From: Candidatus Omnitrophota bacterium
GTDB taxonomy: Bacteria > Omnitrophota > Gorgyraeia > Zapsychrales > JAHFFX01
Length of the DNA stretch: 64,000 bases
Assembly (NCBI GenBank): GCA_023247725.1
Contig: JAHFFW010000005.1
Span: 25,804-89,803 of the forward strand
Direction of reading: 5' to 3'
The notes under the pieces were generated by a model, which did not search any database, was not told where the DNA came from, and saw only the letters and a list, made by a program, of their open reading frames with translations. Within the stretch, counting starts at the first letter, position 1. Each line of letters opens with the position of its first letter. Below are positions 20,069 to 30,604 of the stretch, piece by piece. The position numbers and the translations under genes were made by a program.

Positions 20069-20707
20069 ATGGTGAATGAAATTTTAAGTTCGGTGAATTG
20101 GGTGGATGTCCTGGTCATTGGAATCATGGTCAGGACGATTTGCGTTGGATTCAAAAGCTCCTTTGTTGTAGAATTTTTTAAGTTTCTGGGCATACTGCTT
20201 GGGGTATTTATTATCTTGCATTACTTCAGTTGTGTATCCAAGCTCTTTGTAAAATATCTGCATTTCAGTAAAAATTTTGCCGAGGGAGTGGCCTTTGTCT
20301 TTCTTTGGCTGGCAGTGATTCTGATTTTTACCTTGATCCGAGATGGTTTCCTCGCCGTTTTTAAAATCACGACCAGTCAGGATCTTGACCGATGGGGAGG
20401 TTCTCTGCTGGCCATGCTAAGGGGTTTGCTCATCAGTAGCTTGACCGTGCTTTTAATCCAAACCTCCCAGGCAAAATTTCTGACTTATCAAGTCCGGCAT
20501 TCATTCAGCGGCGGTTTTCTCGAAAATGTGGCACCTAGTATTTATCAATTTTTTTATAAAAAAGTTTGCAAACCCATCTTCAATAATGAGCCGTTCAACC
20601 AGAAGGCATTCTCTCTAAAATCTTCTCCCGAACCGGAAGAATCGGACTCACCGCAGCCAAAAAATCAGGACTCAACACAACGATTCGGTTTTTTTGACAG
20701 ACCATAA
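20069..20707 (+). CDS. cvpA: CvpA-family membrane protein
   Basis: N-terminal NWVDVLVIGI motif and four TM helices typical of CvpA. Confidence 0.7.
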   Translation: MVNEILSSVNWVDVLVIGIMVRTICVGFKSSFVVEFFKFLGILLGVFIILHYFSCVSKLFVKYLHFSKNFAEGVAFVFLWLAVILIFTLIRDGFLAVFKITTSQDLDRWGGSLLAMLRGLLISSLTVLLIQTSQAKFLTYQVRHSFSGGFLENVAPSIYQFFYKKVCKPIFNNEPFNQKAFSLKSSPEPEESDSPQPKNQDSTQRFGFFDRP

Positions 20708-20718
20708 GAGGTTGAACC

Positions 20719-21690
20719 TTGCAGCTGGGGGACATTTATGATTTTTTTGTCCGGGAAGGGGTTAAGACTGACCCGCGCGAACGTTCCCTCATTAAAGCCA
20801 AGTTAAGAAAATCACGTCGAGAATTTCAGAAAGTAGAAAAGACAAGAAAAAAATTCTTTGATAAAGAAAGTTTCGCGAATCCTTTTGCCGATACAAGAAT
20901 ATTATTCGGCAAGCCGCAGACCCCCATCCACACCATCCTTGTCGGAATTGATATTGAACCGGCGGAATTGCTCTTGGCGGATCGGCTGCGCCAAGCCGGA
21001 GAACCGATTGATTTAGTATTGGCGCATCATCCGGAAGGGGTCGCGCTGGCCGGTTTGGATGAGGTCATGGATCTGCAAACAGAGGTTTTGGCGCGGTTGG
21101 GAATTCGCTCGGAGATTGCCAAAGATCTCATGGAAAGAAGGATCAAAGAGGTCGGCCGGCGATTACATGCGGGTAACCACAACCGTTCCGTCGATGCCGC
21201 GAGATTACTCAACATTCCTTACTTATGTTGTCATACTCCGGCGGATAATCATGTGACCGGATATTTGGCAACGCTGATGAAAAGGAGTCGACCAAAAAGG
21301 CTTAAGGACATCATTGATTTATTGTCACAGGAACCTGAATACCAAGATGCCATGCGGTGCAAAGCTGGCCCGAGGATATTGATTGGAAAACCCGCAGATG
21401 CGCCCGGGCGGATCTGCGTCGACATGACTGGTGGAACCGAAGGTTCTAAGGAAATTTTTGGTCGATTATCCCAACTGGGAATCGGAACGCTTTTGGGAAT
21501 GCATTTGTCCGACGAGCATTTTAATAAGATAAAAGATGAACATATTCATGTCATTATGGCCGGTCATATTGCCAGCGACAATTTGGGCATGAATTTGCTG
21601 CTCGATAAGTTGGAGAAAAAAGTAGATTTGAAGATCATCGAGTGTTCGGGATTCCGGAGGTATCGAAGATATGGGACTCATTCCCGATGA
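20719..21690 (+). CDS. NIF3-like (DUF34) dinuclear metal-centre protein with N-terminal extension
   Basis: Central LVLAHHP motif and a C-terminal GHIASDNLGMNLL resembling the NIF3 GHYxSE region. Assignment is tentative. Confidence 0.45.
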   Translation: MQLGDIYDFFVREGVKTDPRERSLIKAKLRKSRREFQKVEKTRKKFFDKESFANPFADTRILFGKPQTPIHTILVGIDIEPAELLLADRLRQAGEPIDLVLAHHPEGVALAGLDEVMDLQTEVLARLGIRSEIAKDLMERRIKEVGRRLHAGNHNRSVDAARLLNIPYLCCHTPADNHVTGYLATLMKRSRPKRLKDIIDLLSQEPEYQDAMRCKAGPRILIGKPADAPGRICVDMTGGTEGSKEIFGRLSQLGIGTLLGMHLSDEHFNKIKDEHIHVIMAGHIASDNLGMNLLLDKLEKKVDLKIIECSGFRRYRRYGTHSR

Positions 21691-23449
21691 GGCCATCAGA
21701 CAGGTGCTGGATCGTAGCGAGATCGTGCAGACGATCATGGGATATATCCCGTTAAAGCGCGCCGGCCGGAATTTTAAAGCACTGTGTCCTTTTCATCACG
21801 AAAAGTCTCCATCGTTTGTGGTCAATCCCGACAAACAGATTTTTCATTGTTTCGGCTGCGGAGTCGGCGGAAATGTGATCAGTTTTATCATGCGCCAGGA
21901 ACACATGGATTTTCCGGAGGCCGTCGAATGGCTGGCGAATAAGTTTGGCATAACCATCATTCGCGCTGATGACAAACAGGCCAAGGCCAAAGCTGGGCTG
22001 AAGCAACAATTGCTGGACGTCAATGAACTGGCCGCAAATTTTTATCATGAACACCTTTTGGCCGGTCAAACCTCCAGTGCCCGGCAGGCCCGGGAATATC
22101 TCAAAGGGCGGGGCATCAATTTGCCGACGGTGAAGCGCTTCAAGATTGGCTGTGCTCCGGAAGGATGGGACAATCTTTTGGAATTTTTGAAAAAGAAAGA
22201 AATTAGTCTTAATTTGATCGAGAAGGCGGGTCTTATTCTTTCTCAGGAAACGAAACAAGGATTTTATGACCGGTTTCGAAACCGGATTATGTTTCCGATT
22301 TTTGATAGCCGTGGCCAATGCGTGGCTTTTGGCGCCCGAACTTTAGAGAAAGACGCGACCGGCGCGAAATACATCAATTCTCCCGAAACCCCGCTTTATA
22401 CGAAGGGCCAGCATCTTTATGGATTTCATGCGGCCAAAGAGGCGGTCGGTCGTCAGGATTTTGCTTTAGTGGTTGAAGGGTATATGGATTTCTTGACGCC
22501 GTTCCAGGCGGGCATTGAGCCGATTCTGGCCTCTTTGGGTACGGCCTTGACGACGGATCAAATCCGGCTGATTCTCCGTTATACAGAAAATGTCGTCATG
22601 CTTTTTGATTCTGATCCCGCCGGAGAGGCCGCGATGATTCGAAGTCTGGATTTATTGATTGAAGAAGGAATGAACGTCAAGGTCGTTTCTTTAAACCGCG
22701 GTGAGGATCCCGATTCCTTTATTAACAAATTTGGGGTACAAGCGCTTCGAGAACGGATCCAAAAGGCTCACACTCTTTTTGATTACAAAATCAATTGGCT
22801 TAAAGGGAAGTTCGATATGACGACCGTCGAAGGCAAAAGCGCCATTGCCCGGGAGATGTTCCCGACGCTTAACAAATTCACCAATGAGATCACCCGCTTC
22901 GGTTATTTGCAGCGATTGGCGGAAATTCTGTCTGTTCCAAAAGAAACCTTGTTGACGGAAATGGCGAAACAGGCCCCCGGATCCGTCCGTTTCAAAGAAG
23001 TGATCATCACTCAGAAGCAAACCTCCGGCTCCATGCGCGCCGCCGAGGAACATCTGCTTAAATTGATGCTGGATAAGACCGAATTTATTTCTCTGACCCG
23101 GCAGAGCTTGGACCCGGAGGATTTTCAGGATGAAAAAATTCGCCTGGTCATCAATCGTATTTTTTCGGATTTCGAATCTGGTAAATCCATCGATGTTCAA
23201 GGGTTGATCAGCAGTTTTCCAGAAGATGGTATCCGGCAAATGCTTTCTGGTTTATTGACGCCGGAGGATTCCTTCAATGCCGACAAAACAAAGATTCATC
23301 GCGATTGTTTGAATCGTATCAAAGAAGAAAAAATCAAATTCGCCCGACTCGACCTCATTGCCAAGATCCGGGTCGCGGAAGGCACAGACGATCAACAGCA
23401 GCTGGAAATTTTAAAGGCACAATTCAATCAGTTAATTAAGAGGCAATAG
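21671..23449 (+). CDS. dnaG: DNA primase
   Basis: CHC2 zinc finger (CPFHHEKSPSFVVNPDKQIFHCFGCG) and a TOPRIM domain (EGYMDF...FDSD). Confidence 0.95.
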   Translation: MGLIPDEAIRQVLDRSEIVQTIMGYIPLKRAGRNFKALCPFHHEKSPSFVVNPDKQIFHCFGCGVGGNVISFIMRQEHMDFPEAVEWLANKFGITIIRADDKQAKAKAGLKQQLLDVNELAANFYHEHLLAGQTSSARQAREYLKGRGINLPTVKRFKIGCAPEGWDNLLEFLKKKEISLNLIEKAGLILSQETKQGFYDRFRNRIMFPIFDSRGQCVAFGARTLEKDATGAKYINSPETPLYTKGQHLYGFHAAKEAVGRQDFALVVEGYMDFLTPFQAGIEPILASLGTALTTDQIRLILRYTENVVMLFDSDPAGEAAMIRSLDLLIEEGMNVKVVSLNRGEDPDSFINKFGVQALRERIQKAHTLFDYKINWLKGKFDMTTVEGKSAIAREMFPTLNKFTNEITRFGYLQRLAEILSVPKETLLTEMAKQAPGSVRFKEVIITQKQTSGSMRAAEEHLLKLMLDKTEFISLTRQSLDPEDFQDEKIRLVINRIFSDFESGKSIDVQGLISSFPEDGIRQMLSGLLTPEDSFNADKTKIHRDCLNRIKEEKIKFARLDLIAKIRVAEGTDDQQQLEILKAQFNQLIKRQ

Positions 23450-25057
23450 ATGAAGAATAAAGAGAAGGAAAAAGAATTAAAGGAAGATGTTGATAAACTG
23501 GTTTCATTGGGCAAGCGCAAAGGCTACTTGACCTATGACGAGGTCAATGAGACTTTGTCCAACTCGGTGGATTCTTCCGAGGAGATCGATCAAGTCTTTG
23601 ATATCCTCGATGGCAAGGACATCAAGGTCATTGACTCGGATGAGAAAGAAGAATCTGACACCCATGAACCGGCAGAGCCGGATGTGGAATCCCGTGAGCA
23701 AGAGATCCGTCGGATCCGGGAAGAAGCCGCGAAAGAGGAACCGGTTTACGCCGATAAATTTATTCCGCTGGATGATCCGGTTAAAATGTACTTGAAGCAA
23801 ATGGGATCAATTCCTTTATTGTCCCGGGAGAATGAAATCAATCTGGCCAAGCGCATCGAAGAGGCGGAGAAAAAATTTGCCGAGGCCTTGTTCAAGACCG
23901 CTTTCGCTCGTCGCGCGGCAATTTCTATCATCAGTAAAGTTTTGAATGAGGAAATCAATGTCGAGGACGTCATCAAAGACGAGCTTGAGCGCCGGCCGAA
24001 ACTCATTAAGGATCTCAAGAAAATCATTCACAAGGTTCGCCATTCCAAAGGCGGCACGGATTCTTCGGCGAAAGCCATTGCGGAATTCAAACTCACTTCG
24101 ACCGTTAACGAGGAAATTGTCCAGAAAATCGATGCCATGCTTGATGAAATTGAACGGATCGGTAAGGCGCTCGAGTCAAAACGAAAACCGGCAAATGCCG
24201 CTGAGTTAAGAAAGAAACGACAGGCGATCCTCAAGGAACTTAGTGAGCCCGTCATCCAGGTGAAGGAACAATCGCGGATCATCAAGATCCGGCAGGCCAA
24301 ATTCAACAAAGCCAAAAAGCATTTGGTCGAGGCCAACCTTCGCCTGGTGGTGAGCATTGCCAAGAAATACATCAACCGGGGTTTGTCGTTTCTGGATCTC
24401 ATCCAAGAGGGAAACATGGGGCTCATCCGGGCCGTCGAGAAATTCGAGTATCAGCGCGGATATAAATTCTCTACGTACGCCACGTGGTGGATCCGGCAGG
24501 CCATCACCCGTTCCATCGCCGATCAGGCCAGAACAATCCGGATTCCGGTGCACATGACCGAGACGATCAACAAGATTATCCGTGTCTCGCGGATGTTTGT
24601 GCAGGAATACGGTCGAGAGCCGATGGCTCAAGAAATCGCCAGGCAGATGCGTATCCCCATCAGCAAAGTGAAGGAAATCCTCAAGATTTCGCAGGTTCCG
24701 ATTTCCTTGCAGACGCCCATTGGGGATGAGGGCGATACTCATTTCGGCGATTTTATTGAAGACAAAAAAGCCGTGTCTCCGGCCAATGCGACTTTTCACT
24801 CGATGCTGAAGGAGGAGATCGGCAGCGTTTTGGAAACCCTCGATGAGCGAGAACGCAAAATCCTGGAGTTGCGGTTTGGAATTCTGGACGGGTCAAGCCG
24901 TACCCTCGAAGAGGTCGGCAGCGAATTTAACGTGACCCGCGAGCGGGTGCGCCAGATCGAATCGAAGGCGCTGCGCAAGCTGCGCCATCCAACGCGTTCG
25001 CGCCGGATCAAAACGTTTCTCGATATGGCCGCCAAAGATGGGGAAGGGTTACTTTGA
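23450..25057 (+). CDS. rpoD: RNA polymerase sigma factor RpoD (sigma-70)
   Basis: Region 2 ([37 protein letters not shown]) and region 4 HTH. dnaG-rpoD synteny. Confidence 0.96.
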   Translation: MKNKEKEKELKEDVDKLVSLGKRKGYLTYDEVNETLSNSVDSSEEIDQVFDILDGKDIKVIDSDEKEESDTHEPAEPDVESREQEIRRIREEAAKEEPVYADKFIPLDDPVKMYLKQMGSIPLLSRENEINLAKRIEEAEKKFAEALFKTAFARRAAISIISKVLNEEINVEDVIKDELERRPKLIKDLKKIIHKVRHSKGGTDSSAKAIAEFKLTSTVNEEIVQKIDAMLDEIERIGKALESKRKPANAAELRKKRQAILKELSEPVIQVKEQSRIIKIRQAKFNKAKKHLVEANLRLVVSIAKKYINRGLSFLDLIQEGNMGLIRAVEKFEYQRGYKFSTYATWWIRQAITRSIADQARTIRIPVHMTETINKIIRVSRMFVQEYGREPMAQEIARQMRIPISKVKEILKISQVPISLQTPIGDEGDTHFGDFIEDKKAVSPANATFHSMLKEEIGSVLETLDERERKILELRFGILDGSSRTLEEVGSEFNVTRERVRQIESKALRKLRHPTRSRRIKTFLDMAAKDGEGLL

Positions 25058-25090
25058 GTGCGGTTTTCTCCGACGGAGCTTAAGATTTAC

Positions 25091-25136
25091 TTTTAAGGCC
25101 TATCCATCGCGCGGATAGGCCTTAAAAGTATTTTTC
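25091..25136 (+). terminator. rho-independent terminator after rpoD
   Basis: 15-bp stem TTTTAAGGCCTATCC / GGATAGGCCTTAAAA with a 7-nt loop, followed by GTATTTTT. Confidence 0.75.
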
Positions 25137-25171
25137 ACCAAGGGGCTTTCGGTGAGCATGTGAGGTAAACA

Positions 25172-25987
25172 ATGAAAAAGTTGGCGCTTGTATTGTTTTT
25201 TTTATCGATGATGTGGCGGGCCGAGGCTAATCCAATCGTCTTGGATGAAGAAACCAAGGAGCTTAGCAATAAGGTCATGATGAAAATTTTTTCCGATATC
25301 AACGATTCCAAGGAGCGTTTTCCGGAATTGAAATATTTTAATGAAAGTGCGTTGTCAAAAAATGCGTACGGGATTTTCGAGATCAGATATGAGAATAAGG
25401 AATACTTAAGTCCCCGGAGAGACTATCACTATCAATTCGCCTTAGGAATTGTCGGGATCAGTGATCCGCCTTATCGAAACCCCAATTCTGAAGATATTGA
25501 CTTTAGTTTTCCCGTCATTGGCCTTAAATTCACCGGCTTTCAAACCAAGAGCATCCGCGGCCGGCATTATGATCTCAACTGGCCGATCAACACGTATAGC
25601 CCGATTCTTTACGATCACCAGCAAAAGTACATTAAGTTAAAACTCAGCATCATTCCGGAAAAAACCGTCTATAAAGTTGACGAGCGGATTAACTTCAAGG
25701 TTCAACTGAAGAATACAAGCAGCCAAAATCTTAAAGTCCAGCCTCTCAATGAAAAGACCTTATATTTTACGATTGGGGACAAGGTCTGGGGTACAAAACC
25801 CGATGCCGCCAAGCCTGGCGAATTCACCCGCGAAGAAATTCTCTACTCAGGTTATGATATCGCCCGTGGATTTAAGGGGGACAGCTTCAGTGTTCCGGGA
25901 GAGGTCGTTATCCGGTGCACCTTTAATATGGTCTATCAAGGCGTCATGCCGATGGCCTCGGTCAAGCTAAAAATTATTCCTCAGTAA
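25172..25987 (+). CDS. hypothetical secreted protein
   Basis: Signal peptide (MKKLALVLFFLSMMWRAEA) and low-GC composition. No recognisable domain. Confidence 0.6.
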   Translation: MKKLALVLFFLSMMWRAEANPIVLDEETKELSNKVMMKIFSDINDSKERFPELKYFNESALSKNAYGIFEIRYENKEYLSPRRDYHYQFALGIVGISDPPYRNPNSEDIDFSFPVIGLKFTGFQTKSIRGRHYDLNWPINTYSPILYDHQQKYIKLKLSIIPEKTVYKVDERINFKVQLKNTSSQNLKVQPLNEKTLYFTIGDKVWGTKPDAAKPGEFTREEILYSGYDIARGFKGDSFSVPGEVVIRCTFNMVYQGVMPMASVKLKIIPQ

Positions 25988-26348
25988 TTTTTTTTCCTTC
26001 CGATTCAAGCTTTTTAATCCTTGTCCAAGATTCTCCCTTGACGGCAAGCCTTTGGTTGGCAAAGACTTTGATTCCTTGAGGAAGGGTTAGATCTCGCCGG
26101 CCACGACGGTTAATTCTGTTGAAAACAAAAAGAGGTTATGATATGCTGAGGAGCAAATTTTTGGTTTTCTGAAATTGTTCGACGGGAAAATGAGGAAAGT
26201 AGTGATAGAAATTAAGAAGGCTTCAAAGATTATAAGTGAACTTTTATCAGAAGATGATTATGGAAAACCAAGAAGCAATGGTAGCAAATTTGGAGATAGA
26301 ATTGTGCTTAAAGTCATCACTATAAGGCCTTAGTTTAGTGGATATTTC

Positions 26349-26423
26349 GGGCCCTTAGCTCAGTCGGTTAGTAGCGGAGGACTCATAATCTCTTAGTCCC
26401 TGGTTCGAGTCCAGGTGGGCCCA
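26349..26423 (+). tRNA. tRNA-Met(CAU)-like, diverged copy with possible imperfect stems
   Basis: GGGCCCTTAGCTCAGTCGGTTAGTAGCGGAGGACTCATAATCTCTTAGTCCCTGGTTCGAGTCCAGGTGGGCCCA has a CAU anticodon loop. Compared with the canonical copy at 28773 it carries a T:T mismatch in the acceptor stem, a weakened D-stem and an extra G in the anticodon stem. Confidence 0.6.
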
Positions 26424-26612
26424 GATTATTATGCATATTTCAGGAAGGCGGAATTATTTATAATAGGGGAATCAATTTTTGGGATGGGATTGTCGATTGT
26501 AAGGCATTTCAGACTATGAAAATTTGCAACGTTGGCATAATTCCCTTTTTACTGATGGTGACGAGAGGTGTTGTCTCGAGCTTTTCTCTCAAATAACTTT
26601 TTACGAGAATTT

Positions 26613-27347
26613 ATGCAATCTGTGCAAATACCTCCATTTTTCGTAGTAATCTTCATGTTATTTACTTGTCCAGTTCTTGCCGATTCAGTGATGTCGCAGG
26701 ATGAGATTCAGTCATCCTTAAATAGCTGTGAAGATTTCGCACATCGGGGTGATTTTACCCAAGCTCTTTCTTTCTGCAATCGAGTTATTGAAGCGGAGCC
26801 CAATTTGGATTTCGCTTACAATGTCAGGGGATTAGTTTATAAACTCAAAGGGGATTTTGACCAAGCTATTTCAGATTTCAAGAAAGCAGTTCAAATGAAT
26901 TCCATGAATGCAGGAGCTTATATAGGGCTTGGAGATAGTTATTTTGAAAAAAATAAATTGAATGAGGCCATAGAAAATTTCACACTGGCAATAAAGATTG
27001 TCAATCCTGAACAAAGTTCACTATATGCGGCTCGAGGGACTGCATACAGTCTAAACGGTGATTTTGACAAGGCCATTACTGATTTCAACAAGGCTATCGA
27101 AACTGACCCTGGTTTTATAGGCGCATATCCTGGGCGGGCAGTTTCTTTTTTTGAAAAACAAGATTACGAAAAAGCTTGGAATGATATCCATAAGATTCAA
27201 GAATTAGGTGGTCCGATTAACCCGGAATTTCTAATCGAACTCAAAAGAGCATCTGGAAGAGAACAAGAGAACAATAGAAAGAAGATGTCCACAGCACAAC
27301 AGCGTGAGAAAAAAAGCGACTTTTACAGCACAAATATCTACCTATAA
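26613..27347 (+). CDS. secreted TPR-repeat protein
   Basis: Signal peptide (FFVVIFMLFTCPVLADS) and at least five TPR units (AYNVRGLVYKLKGDFDQAISDFKKAV...). AT-rich. Confidence 0.7.
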   Translation: MQSVQIPPFFVVIFMLFTCPVLADSVMSQDEIQSSLNSCEDFAHRGDFTQALSFCNRVIEAEPNLDFAYNVRGLVYKLKGDFDQAISDFKKAVQMNSMNAGAYIGLGDSYFEKNKLNEAIENFTLAIKIVNPEQSSLYAARGTAYSLNGDFDKAITDFNKAIETDPGFIGAYPGRAVSFFEKQDYEKAWNDIHKIQELGGPINPEFLIELKRASGREQENNRKKMSTAQQREKKSDFYSTNIYL

Positions 27348-28005
27348 TGAAATACTTTCATCGATTAATTTTGTTTTTCCTGTGGATAAGCCTCTTTGCT
27401 ATCTCTAATGCAGCAAATGCTGGATTAAGTGTCGAAGAATATAAAGAGCAAGGTAGGTTGAATCTATCAAATAAAGAATATAGAAAGGCCTTAGAGAATT
27501 ATAACCAGGCCTTGGAATTAGACGACAAGGATATGATGCTTTACCTCGGACAAGGGAATGCTTTTAAAGAATTAGGAGAGCTAGATAACGCTCTCGCAAG
27601 TTACAGCAAAGCTATAAAATTACAAGGAGATGGTGTGATATGGGCTTATAACAATCGAGGAACGGTTTATCTGCCTTGGGGAAATATCCAGAGGCTTTGC
27701 AGGATTTCAGCCAAGCCGTTGCCCTTAACCCCGATGACCCTGCCTATCTAACTCAACGAGGTGGGACGTATTTCTTAATGGAAAAGAATGAGGAGTCATT
27801 GAAAGATTTAGATAAGTCCATTCACTTATTGAGCACAAATTATGGGCAGAAATACTATTCGCAGTATGCTTATCCTTATTTTTGGCGTTGGTTGTTGCTT
27901 CGAAAATTAGGACAAGAGCAAAAAGCCTCCAAGGATTTGGAAATGATTCAAAAAATAAACATTTGGAATGGCCGAAGACCTAATAACATCAGCAAAGCGG
28001 TATGA
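27347..28005 (+). pseudogene. TPR-repeat lipo/secreted protein interrupted by a frameshift in a G-run near 27675-27682
   Basis: ORFs 27347..27751 and 27676..28005 join into one continuous TPR protein (…NNRGTVYL | LGKYPEALQDFSQAVALNPDDP…) if one nucleotide is restored at CTGCC-TTGGGG. Confidence 0.6.
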
Positions 28006-28190
28006 AGAAATGAACCACCCCGCAGCAAGCTGACGGGGTATCCACAGCAAACTGCCAAGAGGAAGTGCAGCAAGCTGCGGGGAATTATACCCAAAGAGAT
28101 TAAATATGTCGGAGAAAGCTTTAGAGTATGCAAATTATGCTTACGAAATTAACCCGACGGTAGCAAGAGAATATCTGGACTATTTAAAAA

Positions 28191-28658
28191 ATGAAAAATG
28201 ATTTATCATTGTCCGTGCTAGAAAGAAAACCATCATCAGATATTAAATTGGTTAGTGTCCTCCTTTTTTTGTATCCCGCATTTGTTCTTTTTTGGTATCT
28301 TGTGGTAGGTGAGCAAAAGATTTGTTGGGACAAAACGGCCGTATTACCATGGTGTGGTTTTTTTGCTTTTTACGCTTTTATGGGTTATGGGGTATTAAGA
28401 TTAAACTGGAAGTTAAGATTTATGGCAATCATAGCCTCTGTAGCGGGGTTGGCCGGGCCTCTTTTGGGAATCGTTATCGCACCGCTATTGAATCTTAATA
28501 TGTTTTTACAAGCACTGAAACTGCACGGAGCCTCCCTTGTTATCTGGCAACCTTTATTTATATTTGTGCAGGTTTTTGGGGGCAGTATTATATATTTAAG
28601 TTTTATCGTTTATAAATTGACTCGTCCAAATGTTAAAGAGCAATTTCAACGAACATGA
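28191..28658 (+). CDS. hypothetical four-TM membrane protein
   Basis: Hydrophobic helices and no recognised family. It lies within the tRNA-flanked AT-rich islet. Confidence 0.5.
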   Translation: MKNDLSLSVLERKPSSDIKLVSVLLFLYPAFVLFWYLVVGEQKICWDKTAVLPWCGFFAFYAFMGYGVLRLNWKLRFMAIIASVAGLAGPLLGIVIAPLLNLNMFLQALKLHGASLVIWQPLFIFVQVFGGSIIYLSFIVYKLTRPNVKEQFQRT

Positions 28659-28772
28659 AGAAACTCCTAAGATTTTTGTTCATACACACCACAATAACGC
28701 CGTAAGCATAAAAAACTGGTTTTTAAAAATAAGAAGGTTTTTTGTACGCAATTGGCCCAAAGGGCTTGAATA

Positions 28773-28845
28773 GGGCCCATAGCTCAGTCGGTAGAGCAGG
28801 AGACTCATAATCTCTTGGTCCCTGGTTCGAGTCCAGGTGGGCCCA
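28773..28845 (+). tRNA. tRNA-Met(CAU), canonical elongator-like
   Basis: GGGCCCATAGCTCAGTCGGTAGAGCAGGAGACTCATAATCTCTTGGTCCCTGGTTCGAGTCCAGGTGGGCCCA folds as a clean cloverleaf with anticodon CAU. It could also be tRNA-Ile2 (lysidine), which cannot be distinguished by eye. Confidence 0.85.
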
Positions 28846-29025
28846 GCGTTAAGAGTGATAAGTTTTAAGTGTCAACTTGACACTGTTAATTGAGGACTCA
28901 TCGCAAAGCTTCCCCGAAGGCGGATCCGTCTACGACGGAGGTTAGAGTGTCGCCCTCGCATGGCCAAGGGCCGCAGGTTCGAGTTAACCAAGGCCAGGGA
29001 TGGAAAAATATTTGGAGAGGAGATC

Positions 29026-30408
29026 ATGAAAAAAATTTTGATTCCTGTTTTATTCATCCTTTCCTTATTCAGTTTGACCGCTGTATCATTCGCAAAAACT
29101 TCTGATGAATATCTCGAAGAAGTTTATCAATTGATTGATAAAAAACAGGTTGACGAGGCACTGACACTGGTTGAACAGGGGGCCCAGGAATATCCTGGCG
29201 ATTTTGGCCTCACGGTGGCGTACGCGGAAATCCAGCACCTGAAAGGCAACTATGAAATCGCTATTGCCAACTATATCAACATCCTGAAGGCTTTAACGTC
29301 AGAGGGGCAGGAAATTCCGGCCATGGCCCATTATCATCAGAATCTTGTGGATGCCTATAATGAATTAGGCCAGAGGCATTATTTCCCGAAGGAGCTGTGT
29401 CTTCGCATCATTTACCATATCGAAAAAGCCTTCGAATTAATGCCGGAAATTTCTCAGGATGCCCAATATGTAGAATTTCTTAGGAAATCCGTCGGGCATT
29501 ACGATGCCGCCAATATAGGCGCCAATGTTCGGATGATGGAAGAAGGTGGGGATGGAGCCGAGTTCTCCTTGCCGGATGACTATGTGAGCGCCGACGAAAA
29601 ACTTCGTTATAAAGATAAAGCGGTGCAGCGAATCAAGGAATACGATGCCGTGGCTAAAGAGAAGTCCTTTCAAAGGACCGCCAGTGACAAAACGGTGGAA
29701 GATATAATCCGCTTGGTCAAGGAAAGAACCGCCGCGATCAAGACCATTCACTTTAAGAAACTTAATCAAGTCGATCAGGCCCCTCTTGAGGAATTCATTT
29801 ATAAAAGTCCCAATAAAATAAAGGTTATCACCCCCCAGGCCATTAGCATCGTTGTTGATCGAGATTATTGGGTTCTCGATCCCCAGACCAAAAATATTTT
29901 GCAGCAAGAGCAATTGGACTCTACTAGAATGAGTCTGTTGCAAGGGATGGGTTTTTATAATTTGGAAGGATCTTCACAAGCGTACAATTTAACGGTTGAA
30001 AAAATCGTGGGATGTCCGGATTTTTTGAAGGACGTGTGTCGAAGTGATCCAAGAAATTTATATTTAATAACCGGAAAACTGATCTCCGAAGACAAGGGGC
30101 CTTTCCCTCCCACGCCTAAAATTGAATACTTTATTGATGAGCAATCAGGATTATGTGTTGGCAAACGTGAATATTGGCTTGGAATTATAGGGTCGGGCAA
30201 AGAGGAAGAGCTGGCGAGGGAAGACCTGATCACAAGAATTGAGCAGTCCGCGCCCGGCGTTTTTTTCCCATCGTCGGGAAAGACGAGAGGTTTCGTGAGC
30301 GAACTGGCCAATTTAAACCAGGAATGGGAGGGCCAGGTCTTATCGATAAACCAGGACATTAGCGAGGAAGAATTTATTGTCACCAACCCTGGGTCTGGTA
30401 AAAAATAA
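29026..30408 (+). CDS. hypothetical secreted protein (N-terminal helical/TPR-like region, C-terminal possibly LolA-like beta domain)
   Basis: RBS GGAGAGGAG lies before the ATG at 29026. Signal peptide MKKILIPVLFILSLFSLTAVSFA. Flanked on both sides by tRNA-derived repeats. Confidence 0.6.
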   Translation: MKKILIPVLFILSLFSLTAVSFAKTSDEYLEEVYQLIDKKQVDEALTLVEQGAQEYPGDFGLTVAYAEIQHLKGNYEIAIANYINILKALTSEGQEIPAMAHYHQNLVDAYNELGQRHYFPKELCLRIIYHIEKAFELMPEISQDAQYVEFLRKSVGHYDAANIGANVRMMEEGGDGAEFSLPDDYVSADEKLRYKDKAVQRIKEYDAVAKEKSFQRTASDKTVEDIIRLVKERTAAIKTIHFKKLNQVDQAPLEEFIYKSPNKIKVITPQAISIVVDRDYWVLDPQTKNILQQEQLDSTRMSLLQGMGFYNLEGSSQAYNLTVEKIVGCPDFLKDVCRSDPRNLYLITGKLISEDKGPFPPTPKIEYFIDEQSGLCVGKREYWLGIIGSGKEEELAREDLITRIEQSAPGVFFPSSGKTRGFVSELANLNQEWEGQVLSINQDISEEEFIVTNPGSGKK

Positions 30409-30530
30409 AGAAAGGACTCATACCCGCCACGTATTATGGGGGGTTAGAGCGTCGCCCTCGCATGGCGCACTAGTTTTCCTTAATCGATTATGTGGAAATT
30501 GGGACAGCACTGACTTGTTCTTTAAATGCC

Positions 30531-30604
30531 GGACGCATAGCTCAGATGGTTAGAGCGCTGCCCTCACATGGCAGAGGTCGAGGGTTCGATCCCTTCTGCG
30601 TCCA
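30531..30604 (+). tRNA. tRNA-Val(CAC)
   Basis: GGACGCATAGCTCAGATGGTTAGAGCGCTGCCCTCACATGGCAGAGGTCGAGGGTTCGATCCCTTCTGCGTCCA has a CTCACAT anticodon loop, hence anticodon CAC. Confidence 0.85.

Noticed and set aside
26535-26555. Possible sigma-54 promoter (TGGCAT-N5-CCTTT)
   Set aside because: It does not fit the TGGCAC-N5-TTGCW consensus.
28010-28085. Imperfect repeats CCCCGCAGCAAGCTG / CAGCAAGCTGCGGGG downstream of the frameshifted TPR gene
   Set aside because: It is a short local inverted repeat, possibly a weak hairpin, with no further support.
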